DNA of 64,000 bases from an uncultured Spirochaetota bacterium. GTDB taxonomy: Bacteria > Spirochaetota > Spirochaetia > SZUA-6 > Fen-1364. Shown here in pieces: positions 21,608 to 31,923 of this stretch; position 1 is the stretch's first letter, and each line of letters opens with the position of its first letter. Both the position numbers and the translations under genes were made by a program. The stretch is taken from NCBI GenBank assembly GCA_963745235.1, contig CAVUXE010000059.1, forward strand, positions 10,966 through 74,965, in the 5' to 3' direction. Below the pieces are notes generated by a model that was given only the letters and a program-made list of their open reading frames with translations, was not told the origin of the DNA and made no database searches.

Positions 21608-21819
21608 CCATTAAATCAGATTCATTTTCATCGCGGCAATACCTGGTCGTCGTACGGCTTGCGAACGCGTGTCGAATTCCTTCGACCTCGCGTCATTGAA
21701 TGATTCGAGGGAAAAATCATTCTCTCGATGATACCTCCATGGTCTGCGTGCCCGTACCCTTGGTGCATGGGACGTACAAGTCCGACCCGTCGGAAAACCA
21801 CGAGCGAAGGGGATGGGAC

Positions 21820-22068
21820 GTGGAGGAGCGAATTGCCGAATGCGCCAAGAGGATCTGGGTGCTTCTGGAGCGGACGCAGGAAGTGAACATCCTGCGCCTC
21901 TCGGAGCTCCTGGGAGAACGGAACGTGATTGCCTACCAGGCCCTGGGATGGCTGGCACGGGACAGGAAGATACACTACGCGCAGAAGGGGAGCCAGATTT
22001 TCATATCGCGAGATGAAGGGGAGGCCGGTGCGCCTCCTGATCGAAGATCGTCAAGGAGGGAAGTGTGA
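21820..22068 (+). CDS. Small winged-helix protein (DUF2582-like)
   Basis: IAECAKRIWVLL...QALGWLARDRKI pattern; GTG start after a purine-rich SD. Confidence 0.7.
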   Translation: MEERIAECAKRIWVLLERTQEVNILRLSELLGERNVIAYQALGWLARDRKIHYAQKGSQIFISRDEGEAGAPPDRRSSRREV

Positions 22069-23873
22069 AGAAAGGTACTCTGAGCTTTCTTGGAGCAGCG
22101 GGGGCTGCGATAGTGCTTTCGGTGGTGCTTCTGAGCTGCCAGACAGCCAAGCCCAACACCGCCGGGAACTCCATCCAGACCGAGCAGACCGGGCTGGCGC
22201 CCAACGGGGACAAGACCCATCAGACCATGGATTTCTCTCTGGTGTTCGCCAACCGGGATGCGATCAAGACGTGGAAGGTGGAGATGGCCACGGGGTCTGG
22301 TCCGCAGAAGCAGTGGAGCGGGGACGCGAAGAACCTGCCCTCCACGTTGAGCTGGGACGGGAAGAGCGAGGCTGGGTCCCTGGCGCCGGAGGGGAACTAC
22401 ACGGCGAAGCTGACGGTGGACTACGGCAGCGGGACCCCGGTGGCCACGGCTGAGAGCAGCTCTTTCGTGCTGGATATCACGCCTCCCACGGGCAGCGTGA
22501 GCTTCAACCCGCAGCAGTTCAGCCCTGATGCGAGCGGCGCGGTGCAGCCGGTGACGGTGACGATCAAGGGCACCTCGAAGGCGGCGAAGATGGACAGCTG
22601 GTCCATGGACATCACCGACCCCGACGGGAAGGTGTTCCGCAGCTTTGACGGGAAGTGGCCCACCACGGACGTCACGTGGGACGGCAAGTCATCCAGCGGC
22701 GACGTTGTGGCCTCCGGGGCCTCGTACTCCGCGATGGCGACGCTGCGGGACGAGTTCGGACTGACAGCGCAGGTCAGCGGGGCAATCGGGGTGGGAGGGC
22801 CCGCGGCCCAGGCGCCCGGGCAGGCGCCCGGGACGTTCTCCGTGACCCCCATGACCGCGGGGTTCTCCCCCAAGGGGACGGTGACGGTGGAGAAGCTGGA
22901 GGTGGCCTACGGGAAGAGCGAATCGGTGCAGAGCTGGAAGCTTGAGATCCTGGATGGCAGCGGCACCGCGGTGAAAGCGTTCAACGGGGACGGGATGAAC
23001 ATGCCCAAGACGGTGAGCTGGGACGGCAAGGGGGACAGCGGGACACTTTCCCCTGAGGGCAAGTACACGGCGCGGCTGTCGGTGGACTACGGGAGCGCCT
23101 TCGCGCCCGGCACGACCACCAGCGACAGCTTTGTGCTGGACATCACGCCTCCCACGGGGAGCATCGCGCTGTCGGACCCGTTGTTCTCCCCCATCGAGGG
23201 CTCGCCCACCATCACGCTGACGGTGAACGCCACATCGCAGCTGGCGAAGATCGACAGCTGGCGCATGCAGATCAACGATCCGGAGAACCACCTGTTCATG
23301 GCGTTCGAGGGGAAGTGGCCCACCAAGGACGCGGTGTGGAACGGGAAGAGCATCAAGGGTGAGATGGTGCAGTCCGCGGAGGACTACCCGGTGGTAGCCA
23401 TGGTGAGGGACGAGTTCGGCAACCTCGGGGAGCTGAAAGCCACGGTGCCCGTGGACATCCTGGTGGAGAAGACGGCAACAGGGTTCCGGATCCTGAGCTC
23501 GCGCATCTTCTTCAAGGCGTACACGGCAGACTACCAGGACGTGAGGCCGGACCTTGCCAGCCAGAACATGAAGCGGCTGAGCGACATGGCAGCGAAGCTG
23601 AAGAAGTTCCCCAACTACAAGATCAAGCTGGTGGGGCACGCGGTGAAGATCCACTGGGACAACGCGACCCTGGGGGACATCGAGCAGCGCGACATCCTGA
23701 TCCCGCTGTCGCAGGCGCGCGCTGAGGCGATCAAGAAGGCGCTGGTGGACAGGGGACTGAACGAGGCGATGTTCAGCACCGAAGGGGTGGGGGCATCGGA
23801 CCAGCTGGTTCCTGACAGCGACCTGAGCGACAGGTGGCAGAACCGCAGGGTGGCTTTCTTCCTGGAGAGGTAA
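22065..23873 (+). CDS. Lipoprotein with FlgD-like Ig repeats and C-terminal OmpA-like domain
   Basis: Lipobox LLSC; repeated WDGK...PEG.YTA.L.VDYG...SFVLDITPPTGS; LSQARAEAI and NRRVAF. Confidence 0.85.
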   Translation: MKKGTLSFLGAAGAAIVLSVVLLSCQTAKPNTAGNSIQTEQTGLAPNGDKTHQTMDFSLVFANRDAIKTWKVEMATGSGPQKQWSGDAKNLPSTLSWDGKSEAGSLAPEGNYTAKLTVDYGSGTPVATAESSSFVLDITPPTGSVSFNPQQFSPDASGAVQPVTVTIKGTSKAAKMDSWSMDITDPDGKVFRSFDGKWPTTDVTWDGKSSSGDVVASGASYSAMATLRDEFGLTAQVSGAIGVGGPAAQAPGQAPGTFSVTPMTAGFSPKGTVTVEKLEVAYGKSESVQSWKLEILDGSGTAVKAFNGDGMNMPKTVSWDGKGDSGTLSPEGKYTARLSVDYGSAFAPGTTTSDSFVLDITPPTGSIALSDPLFSPIEGSPTITLTVNATSQLAKIDSWRMQINDPENHLFMAFEGKWPTKDAVWNGKSIKGEMVQSAEDYPVVAMVRDEFGNLGELKATVPVDILVEKTATGFRILSSRIFFKAYTADYQDVRPDLASQNMKRLSDMAAKLKKFPNYKIKLVGHAVKIHWDNATLGDIEQRDILIPLSQARAEAIKKALVDRGLNEAMFSTEGVGASDQLVPDSDLSDRWQNRRVAFFLER

Positions 23874-23894
23874 GAGCACAAGCGGTGCAACAGC

Positions 23895-23935
23895 AGGGGC
23901 CGTCCATTCCACGGAAAGGACGGCCCCTTTTTTTT
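23895..23935 (+). terminator. Intrinsic terminator
   Basis: AGGGGCCGTCC...GGACGGCCCCT followed by a T run. Confidence 0.85.
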
Positions 23936-23953
23936 CAAGCGGGTCTGGCCGGA

Positions 23954-24949
23954 CTACTTGTTCATCATCTTCTCGACGGAGAATACAGGACAGTTGACGT
24001 CTGCGACGTCCCTGGCAAGCACCATGGAGCTCATGACGGAGCCGAAGCTCATGACCTTGTCGAAGTACATGTTGTCATAGGGGCTGACTGCCCACAACGG
24101 GGAGTAGTCCGGGTCCCCCGGCAGGGTTGCCACCACGTTGTGCGTCTGCATCGATCCGGCGACCATCTTGAACCCCGAGGGAGGACCTCCGTTTGCCATG
24201 CCGGGATTCACATTGAAGGCAACGTAGATCGGAGAGACCGGCACCGTGCCGTCGGAGGCAACCATGAGAGGCGCCTCACTGAAGTTGAAATACTTGACAA
24301 CCATATTCCTGTACCAGCCGCTGTGCAGGCCCGTATCGTTCCCGCTCAGTCGGTGGGTGGCGGTCGAGCCGTCCGGGACGACGGGGCAGTTGACGATGGT
24401 GCTTGTCGCCGCCATGGGGTAGCCGGCATCCTTGAGCCCCTGAAGGCTCCCGATCGAGTTCGCGATGTAGTCGACGGGAACGGTGACCTTGTATACCTGC
24501 CAGAAGTCGTTGTACCCCTTGTCGCCCGGGATCACGTCCACGATGTTGAGCTGGTTCTGGACCGGTGAGCTCTCACCCGCGCGAAACAGGACGTAGATCG
24601 GGGCGGGAGTCGTGGACTGCGCGTCGAAGTTGTAGTACATGACGGTCTCCCCGTGCGGGCCGAAGCCCGTGGTCACGAAGGGTGGCTGATCGAAGTCCAC
24701 CGGCGCGTTGGCCCCGGGCAGGTGGTTCATCGCATCACGCATCTGCAAGTGTCCGGCGGCGGCACTGAATCGATCAATGACCGCCATCCTGGCCGCCATT
24801 GGATCCATTGCCATCCTGGCCGCATTCCCGCTCATCATGCCCTTGTCAGCCGTCATCCCCGCGCCGGCCGTCGCGCAGCCGGCAACCGCAAGGACAAGGG
24901 TAGGGACGCCGGCGGCCATGAAGCGTCGCACAATCTGCCAAATCTTCAT
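23954..24949 (-). CDS. Met-rich lipoprotein with two internal repeats, function unknown
   Basis: Lipobox VAGC; duplicated YxNF...PIYV...PGD.xY...W...VNCPV; SD AGGAGG. Confidence 0.75.
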   Translation of the reverse strand: MKIWQIVRRFMAAGVPTLVLAVAGCATAGAGMTADKGMMSGNAARMAMDPMAARMAVIDRFSAAAGHLQMRDAMNHLPGANAPVDFDQPPFVTTGFGPHGETVMYYNFDAQSTTPAPIYVLFRAGESSPVQNQLNIVDVIPGDKGYNDFWQVYKVTVPVDYIANSIGSLQGLKDAGYPMAATSTIVNCPVVPDGSTATHRLSGNDTGLHSGWYRNMVVKYFNFSEAPLMVASDGTVPVSPIYVAFNVNPGMANGGPPSGFKMVAGSMQTHNVVATLPGDPDYSPLWAVSPYDNMYFDKVMSFGSVMSSMVLARDVADVNCPVFSVEKMMNK

Positions 24950-25024
24950 TGCATTCCTCCTGTAGGTGACAACCTAAGGAGGAATGCTCACGGAACTCTC
25001 ACGAAAGAGTAAAGAGAGTGTTCT

Positions 25025-26417
25025 CTATATGTGGATTGCCCAGCCCTCCACGGCGCGCATGGCCTCGCAGACGGCCTCTGACAGGGTGGGGTGCGCGTGG
25101 ATCATCTCCGCAATGTCCTCCGGCAGAAGCTCGGCCGTTCGCCCCAGGAGCATTTCGTGGATGAGCTCTGTCGCATCTGCTCCCACGATGTGCACGCCAA
25201 TGATCTCCTTGGTCTTCGGGTCGTAGAGGACCTTGACGAACCCTTCCGACTGCTCGACGGCAACTGACTTTCCCGCGCCTCGATAGGGAAAGCTCGCCTT
25301 GGCGAAAGCCACTTTCTGTTCAGTGGCTTTCCACTCCGGAAGCCCGAAGCTCGCCACCTGCGGCTCGCAGTAGGTTGCACTCGGAATGGAAAGCAGGTCC
25401 AGCCGCGGATGCGGTGACTTGCCGGCCATATGCTCGACGGCGATCTCCGCCTCCTTGAAGGCGACATGCGCAAGGAGCGGCGTGTTGACGACATCCCCTA
25501 TTGCGTAGATGCCCGGGACCCTGGTCTGGTTGAAATCCCCCACGGGAATGAAGCCCTTCTCCGTCGGGATCCCCACTTTCTCCAGGCCAATGCCGTCCGT
25601 GTTCGGAGTGCGGCCCACGACCACCAGGATCTGGTCCGCCTCCACGGTCTTTCGCGTTCCGCTCTTGTCCTCCAGGACAACACTGACGCCCCCCGCTCCC
25701 TTCTGCATGGAGACGGCCTTCGTCCCGGTGTACATCTGGACGCCGCGCTTCTGGAAGGCGCGCGCAAGGACTTGCACTGCCTCCGCGTCCTCGATGGGCA
25801 GGATGCGATCCAGCATCTCCACCAGGTGCACCTCCACGCCGAACGCGTTGAACACGTGGCTGAACTCCACCCCGATTGCCCCCGCCCCGAGAATGATCGC
25901 CTTCCGGGGCAGCTTGGGAAGCATGATGGCGCCGGTGGAGGAAAGGACCTGCTTCTCGTCGAACTCGAATCCCGAGATCACCCGCGGTCGCGAGCCGGTC
26001 GGCAATGACGAGGTTCTTTCCCGTGATCTTTTTTCCGTCCTTCAGGGAGACCTCGTTCTTTCCGGAGATTGTTCCCTCACCGACAATCGTCTCCACCTTG
26101 TTCTTTTTCAGGAGGAACTGGACTCCCTTGACCAGCGTATCCGAGGCCTTTCGCGACTTGTCGAAGACATGCGTGTAGTCGAATCCCGCGGTGTCCACGG
26201 CGAGCCCCATGTCCCTGAGATTCGGAATGGACCGGAAGAGCTCTGCCTGGTGGATCAGCGCCTTGGAGGGAATGCAGCCCACGTTGAGGCACACGCCGCC
26301 CACCTTGTCCCGCTCGATGACCGCCGCCTTGAGGCCGAGCTGCCCAGCGCGGATCCCGGCAACGTAGCCGCCCGGTCCGCCGCCTATGATGAGGACATCG
26401 TAATCAAAGCCAGCCAT
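25025..26417 (-). CDS. lpdA: Dihydrolipoamide dehydrogenase E3 (frameshift ~26001)
   Basis: GGGPGGY, GGVCLNVGCIPSK, GAGAIG, HAHPTLSE. Confidence 0.92.
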
Positions 26418-26443
26418 GAGTTTTCCTCCGCCTTTTTTCTGTC

Positions 26444-27684
26444 TTACGCCAGCGCAAGCATCGGGTTTTCAAGCATGTCCGCCAGCTCCCGCAGAAACGC
26501 TGCTCCCACCGCGCCGTCAATCACCCGGTGGTCGCAGGACAGCGTGACGCGCATTCTCTGGCGGATCGCAATAGTATCGCCATCGCCCACCACCGGCTCC
26601 TTGCGGATGGCCCCGACTGCCAGGATGGCTGACCCGGGTGGGTTGATGACCGCGGTGAACTCATCTATGCCGGAGGACCCGAGACTGCTGATCGTGAACG
26701 TGGCCCCATCGTACTCGGCGGGCTGCAGCTTGCCCGCGCGGGCGCGCTCCACCAGGTCGGCGAGCTCCGCGTCGATTCCCAGGATCCCTTTCCGTCCGCA
26801 GTCGCGCACCACCGGGGTGATGAGGCCGTCCGGCTGGGCCACGGCAAGCCCGATGTCCGCGGCCGTGTGCCTGATGATGCTGTCTCCGTTCCAGGAGGAA
26901 TTGACTTTCGGATGGTGGAGGAGAGCGCGGCCCGCGATTGCCATGAGGAATGCATTCATGGAGGCCTTCTTTTCCCGTCCGGCGTTCAGCTTGGCGCGGG
27001 TTGCGAGCAGCTCGTCCATCGTAATGGCAACGGTGAGGTAGTAGTGCGGCGCGCTGAACATGGACTGCGAAAGCCGCCGCGCGATGATCCGCCGCATGCT
27101 GGACAGCGGCACAACTTCGTCCCCGGGCCCGGGGTGTAGATTGGCCCCGCGGGCGCCGGGGCAGCGGCCAGGCCGGCGATGGGCGCGGAGTCCAGGTCCC
27201 GCTTTACGATCCTTCCCTCCGGACCACTGCCCCGCAGGCTTCGCAGGTCGATTCCCTTCTGCATGGCGATCCGCCGCGCAAGCGGCGACGACTTGATCCT
27301 CCCCGCTGTCGAAGGTGCCAGCGCTGCGGGCGCTGTCCGCGTGGCAACCGCACCCGCGGCAACGGTGGCTGCTGACGAGCCAGCGGCAGGCGCCGGCTTC
27401 ACGGCCGCCGGTTTGGCCTCCGCAAGCAGGGCTGAGAAATCCTCTCCGGGCTTTCCCATGATGGCGATTGTGTCTCCGACCTTTGCCTGGCCGCCTGCGG
27501 GGACAACGATCTTGAGGAGAGTCCCGTCCGAGGTGGACTCATAGTCCATGGTGGCCTTGTCCGTTTCGACTTCGCACAAGACGTCGCCGGAGGCGACCGC
27601 CTCACCTTCCTTCTTCCGCCAGCGTACCAGCGTTCCCGTCTCCATGGTCGGGGAAAGAGCCATCATGAGGATCTTTTCAGGCAT
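26444..27684 (-). CDS. pdhC: Dihydrolipoamide acetyltransferase E2 (frameshift ~27121)
   Basis: Lipoyl ETDKATM, E3-binding SPLARRIA...GSGPEGRI, catalytic DHRVIDG. Confidence 0.92.
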
Positions 27685-28654
27685 AGAGAACCCTTTTGAC
27701 TGCGTCCACGATCTTTTCAACCGAAGGCTGCGCGGCGAGCTCCAGGCTGTGGTTGTACGGCATGGGCACATCCTCCCCTGAAACCAGCTCCACTGCGGCG
27801 TCCAGGTCATCAAAGCAGCTCCTGGATACGAGCCAGGCGACGTGCGAGCCGACGCTTGCAAACGGCCACGCCTCGTCTATGACCACGCATCGGTTGGTCT
27901 TCCGCACAGACTCGTAGATGGCGGCCTCGTCCAGGGGCCGGATGCTCCTCAGGTCCACGACCTCGGCATCGATTCCCTGCGCGGCAAGGGACTCCGCCGC
28001 CTCCAACACCATCCGGAGGGGCTTGGAGAAGCCGATCAGGGTCACGTCTTTTCCCGGGCGCTTGATGTCGGCCTGTCCGAGGGGGATCACGAGCTCTCCC
28101 TCGGGGACCTCACCCTTCCAGGAGTACATCAGCTCCGCTTCCAGGAAAACCACGGGGTTGTCATCCCGGATGGAGGCCTTGAGAAGACCTTTTGCATCCG
28201 CCGGGTTGGACGGGGCGACGACCTTCAGGCCGGGCACGTGGGCGTAGATGGACTGGAGGGCCTGGGAATGCTGCGAGCCCAGGAACTCCGCCGGACCGTT
28301 GGGGCCGCGGAACACGATGGGAACGGAGAACTGTCCTCCCGACATGTAGCGCATCTTGGACGCGTTGCTGAAGATCTGGTCCATTGCCTGCAGGGAGAAG
28401 TTCACCGTCATCCATTCGACGATCGGGCGCAGGCCCGCCATGGCCGCGCCGATTCCAATGCCCGTGAACCCCTCCTCCGAGATGGGCGTGTCGATGACGC
28501 GCTCGGGTCCGTACTTTTCCAGGAGCCCCTGGCTCACCTTGTACGCGCCGTTGTACTGGCCGACCTCCTCCCCCAGGAGAAGGACGCTGTCGTCCCGCGC
28601 CATCTCTTCATCGATGGCCGCGCGGAGCGCCTCACGAAAGGTCATGACGCTCAT
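27677..28654 (-). CDS. pdhB: Pyruvate dehydrogenase E1 beta
   Basis: GEEVGQYNGAYKVS, DTPISE, RGPNG, QHSQ. Confidence 0.95.
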   Translation of the reverse strand: MSVMTFREALRAAIDEEMARDDSVLLLGEEVGQYNGAYKVSQGLLEKYGPERVIDTPISEEGFTGIGIGAAMAGLRPIVEWMTVNFSLQAMDQIFSNASKMRYMSGGQFSVPIVFRGPNGPAEFLGSQHSQALQSIYAHVPGLKVVAPSNPADAKGLLKASIRDDNPVVFLEAELMYSWKGEVPEGELVIPLGQADIKRPGKDVTLIGFSKPLRMVLEAAESLAAQGIDAEVVDLRSIRPLDEAAIYESVRKTNRCVVIDEAWPFASVGSHVAWLVSRSCFDDLDAAVELVSGEDVPMPYNHSLELAAQPSVEKIVDAVKRVLYA

Positions 28655-29683
28655 GCGTAGACGTCCTGGTGCAGCGCCGAAAGCTCAGGCTCCGGGCTCT
28701 CCTCCGCGAAACGCACCGATTCGTCGCACACGACCTTGAACTCGACATCCATGGCGGAGAAGTCCGCCTCCGTGAAAATGCCGGACTCGATCATGCGCGA
28801 CTTCTGGATGAGGATGGGGTCCTGCTTCTTGTACGATTCCAGCTCCTCCGGGGTCCTGTATTTGGCAGGGTCGCTCATCGAGTGCCCGCGGTAGCGGTAG
28901 GTCAGGACCTCCAGGAAGATCGGGGTGGAGTCCGCGCGGGCGCGCTCCGCCGCGGCTTTCACCTCGCGGTGGACTTCCAGCACGTCCATGCCGTTGACCT
29001 GGCTGCCCGGGATGCCGTAGGAGGAGCCCATGACGGCAAAGTCCGTGACCGAGGAGACGCGCCGGAAATCGGTGCCCATGCCGTAGTGGTTGTTTTCGCA
29101 GATATAGACGATGGGGAGGTTGTAGATCTTTGCCATGTTGAGGCTCTCGTGGAACGATCCCTGGTGGATGGCCCCGTCCCCGAACCAGCACAGCACAACG
29201 CCGCCCTCTTTGCGGTAGCGGATCTTCATGGCCACCCCGGTGGCCACCGGGATCTGGGCGCCGACGATCCCATTGCCGCCGTACATGTGGCGCGCCGCAT
29301 CGAAGAAGTGCATGGAACCGCCCTTGCCGCGGGAGACGCCGGTGGCCTTCCCGAACAGCTCTGCCATGAGCAGCCGCGGCTCCATCCCGCAGGCGAGCGC
29401 GTAGCCGTGGTCCCGGTAGGCGGCCACAACGTAGTCCGTTGCGAGGTTGATGGCGGAGATGGCGCCGACCGCCACCGCCTCCTGTCCTATGTACAGGTGA
29501 CAGAACCCGCCGATCTTCTTGAGCCCGTACATCTGGGCGGCTCTTTCCTCGAATCGGCGGATGAGGAGCATCGTGCGCAAGAGCTCGACCTGGAACTCGG
29601 CGTCACCCCCACGAGCGCCGCTGACGGCGCCATCCCCGGATACCGCGGGCGCCGCCGGCGCGCGCAGCCTTTGTGCCTGCCAT
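28651..29683 (-). CDS. pdhA: Pyruvate dehydrogenase E1 alpha (probable 5' frameshift ~29650-29670)
   Basis: GFCHLYIGQEA, GDGA...ENNHYGMGT, RYRGHSMSDP; SD-led ATG at 29683 is in an adjacent frame. Confidence 0.92.
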
Positions 29684-29702
29684 GCCCCTTTGCTCCTTCC
29701 GC

Positions 29703-30140
29703 TCAGAAATGGACGACTTCCTTCCTGCCCTCCATTGGCAGGAAGCGTGTGGCGTGCTCCACGACGGTCTCCAGGACGGCAACATCCCTGTCGTCGTGCG
29801 CGAGTTTCCAGAACGTCCGCAGGCGCGGGCCGATGACTTCCAGGACCTCCGCCCTGAGGGAAGGATTCTCCACCACATTGATTGCGCCGCGGACGCTGAC
29901 CACCTCGTCCAGGGATGGGGTCTGGAACATCCATTCCACCTGGGGGTGCGATTTGACCTGCGCCACCTTGGCAAAACGGCCGGCGGTGATTGCGTAGATG
30001 GCCCCCGGCCTGTCGCGCAGGACCGCGGGTGTGAGCCAGCGGATGTGAGGCTTGCCTTCCTCATCCACCGTTGCAAGGAGGCCTGTCCTGTGAGCTTCGA
30101 TGATCTCCTCCACCCTGTTCATCACCTGGCGGCTATCCAT
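29703..30140 (-). CDS. Pyridoxamine 5'-phosphate oxidase-like FMN-binding protein
   Basis: LATVDEEGKPHIR, KVAQVKSHPQVE. Confidence 0.8.
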   Translation of the reverse strand: MDSRQVMNRVEEIIEAHRTGLLATVDEEGKPHIRWLTPAVLRDRPGAIYAITAGRFAKVAQVKSHPQVEWMFQTPSLDEVVSVRGAINVVENPSLRAEVLEVIGPRLRTFWKLAHDDRDVAVLETVVEHATRFLPMEGRKEVVHF

Positions 30141-30240
30141 ATGTAAGGAAGATAGAGAAAACCGGTAGGGCTTTCAAGCATAGCCATGGATACGGAGGCA
30201 CGGTAGGCGCGGCGTGGGCAGGACGGTATAGTATGCCGCG

Positions 30241-31923
30241 ATGCAGAAGCAGCCCTTCATATGGGAAACGCATGGAATCCACGTGGGAACGGGGGGAGAT
30301 CACGTCACGCACGGCATCGACGACCTGGACAGCATCGTCGAACAGGCTGTCGCAATCGGCTTTCCGTCCCTGACTTTCATCATCCACACGCCGCGCCTCA
30401 CGAGGTTCCGCTACGCCAGCGAGCGTGCCACCGACGTCAAGTTCATCCGCGGAGATGCCTCCTATTTCGCCTATACCGACACGATTGCGGGGCTGCGCCG
30501 GCGCCACGGGGGGCGCATCGATATCCGCTGCGGCGTGGAGCTCGAGTGGCTGGGCACGGGGCTGGGCATCCAGTGGAGCCGGGCAAAGCTGTTCCAGGCC
30601 CACGGCGCTGACTTTGTGGTGAGCTCGGTGCACTTCGCGCCCAACGGCGTGCCCTACGATGGCTCGAAGGAGGACACTGCCAGGCTGATCGAGGAGCGGG
30701 GCGGAGTGGAACAGCTCTGGGCCGCGTACTTCGACGAAATGATCGAGATGGTGGACGCGGGCTGGCGGTTCATCTCCGTGGTCGGTCATCTCGATCTGCC
30801 CAAGCTCTTCGCTCCGCTGCCTTCCTGCCTCACGGAGGACAACGGCGCTGACACGGAAACCGAGAGGCGGCTCTCCACTCTGCTGGAGATGATCGCGGAG
30901 CATAACCTCGCGCTGGACGTGAACCTCGCGGGTCTGCGCAAGGGAGTGGGCATCTACCCGCATCCAAAGATACTGTCGAAGGCGCACACGCTGGGCATCT
31001 CGGTTGCAATCGGGACCGACACGCATGATCCCGCGGATCTCGGCAAGGACTACGCTGCCGGCCTGGAAGCCGTAAAGGCGGCGGGTTACCGCTACTACGT
31101 TTCCTTCTCCCGTGGCATCCCCGAAAAGCGGCCGCTTTCCCACGGCCTGGAGGGGCAGTTCAGGATCCTCAACCTCGGGACGGAGATCCTCAACCACAGG
31201 CTCGCGCGCGAGCGAAGGCTGGAGATTCCGCGGTTTTCCTTCGGGGGGGATTTTCGAGCTCTCGCGAGGGTGTTTCCGGAGTCATCGTCCCTGGGTTCGT
31301 TTCACGCTGTTCGCGTTCGAAAGGAAGAGCGGTCGGTTACCATCAGTGATCGGCTCCCCGCGTATCCGGGGGGAGAGACTCGGTACCTGTTCTCCCATCA
31401 CCGTGACCTGCCCGGGACGCTTGCGATACTGTTGAACACGCTGGCCTCGGAAGAGATCAACCTGGAGACGGCCTGGTTGAACTCTCTGGATGACGGGACC
31501 GCGACGGCGTACCTCACCCTTGATGGAACGCAGGAGGCGATTCGAGAAGCGGTGGAGTTCGTCCTGGGCACCGCGGGTGACCGGTTTCTTCGCATCGACA
31601 CCGAGGTGCATGTCCGGCTTCCCCCCGTCAAGAAGGCCGCGGCGTATCTCCTGGAAGTCGACGGGGTGTGGCTGCCCATGCCCATCTCCCGTCACATGCT
31701 CATCACGGTCCACGGAAACCGCCCGGGCGTCCTTCTTGTCCTGCTCTCCGCCCTTGCTTCCCGCAACATCAACGTGGTAGATCTGCAGCTCGGCGCCCGG
31801 GGAGAAAAGGGATATGCGGCGCTGGGCGTCGGCGGTGACGAGCGGGATGTCGCCGAGCTTTTGACGCAGCTGGGACCTTCGTATCTCGAAGCGTCCCAAA
31901 TCGTTCTGGGAGGGTTCCAATGA
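30241..31923 (+). CDS. PHP-family (HisJ-like) phosphatase fused to two ACT domains
   Basis: HGIH, GVELEW, SSVH, GHLDL, GTDTH PHP motifs; HRDLPG...INL and HGNRPGVL...NINV ACT motifs. Confidence 0.8.
   Translation: MQKQPFIWETHGIHVGTGGDHVTHGIDDLDSIVEQAVAIGFPSLTFIIHTPRLTRFRYASERATDVKFIRGDASYFAYTDTIAGLRRRHGGRIDIRCGVELEWLGTGLGIQWSRAKLFQAHGADFVVSSVHFAPNGVPYDGSKEDTARLIEERGGVEQLWAAYFDEMIEMVDAGWRFISVVGHLDLPKLFAPLPSCLTEDNGADTETERRLSTLLEMIAEHNLALDVNLAGLRKGVGIYPHPKILSKAHTLGISVAIGTDTHDPADLGKDYAAGLEAVKAAGYRYYVSFSRGIPEKRPLSHGLEGQFRILNLGTEILNHRLARERRLEIPRFSFGGDFRALARVFPESSSLGSFHAVRVRKEERSVTISDRLPAYPGGETRYLFSHHRDLPGTLAILLNTLASEEINLETAWLNSLDDGTATAYLTLDGTQEAIREAVEFVLGTAGDRFLRIDTEVHVRLPPVKKAAAYLLEVDGVWLPMPISRHMLITVHGNRPGVLLVLLSALASRNINVVDLQLGARGEKGYAALGVGGDERDVAELLTQLGPSYLEASQIVLGGFQ

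Noticed and set aside
21608-21800. Fluoride riboswitch / CLC-F exporter
   Set aside because: No riboswitch consensus seen, and the ClC has canonical GSGVP/GREGP motifs.
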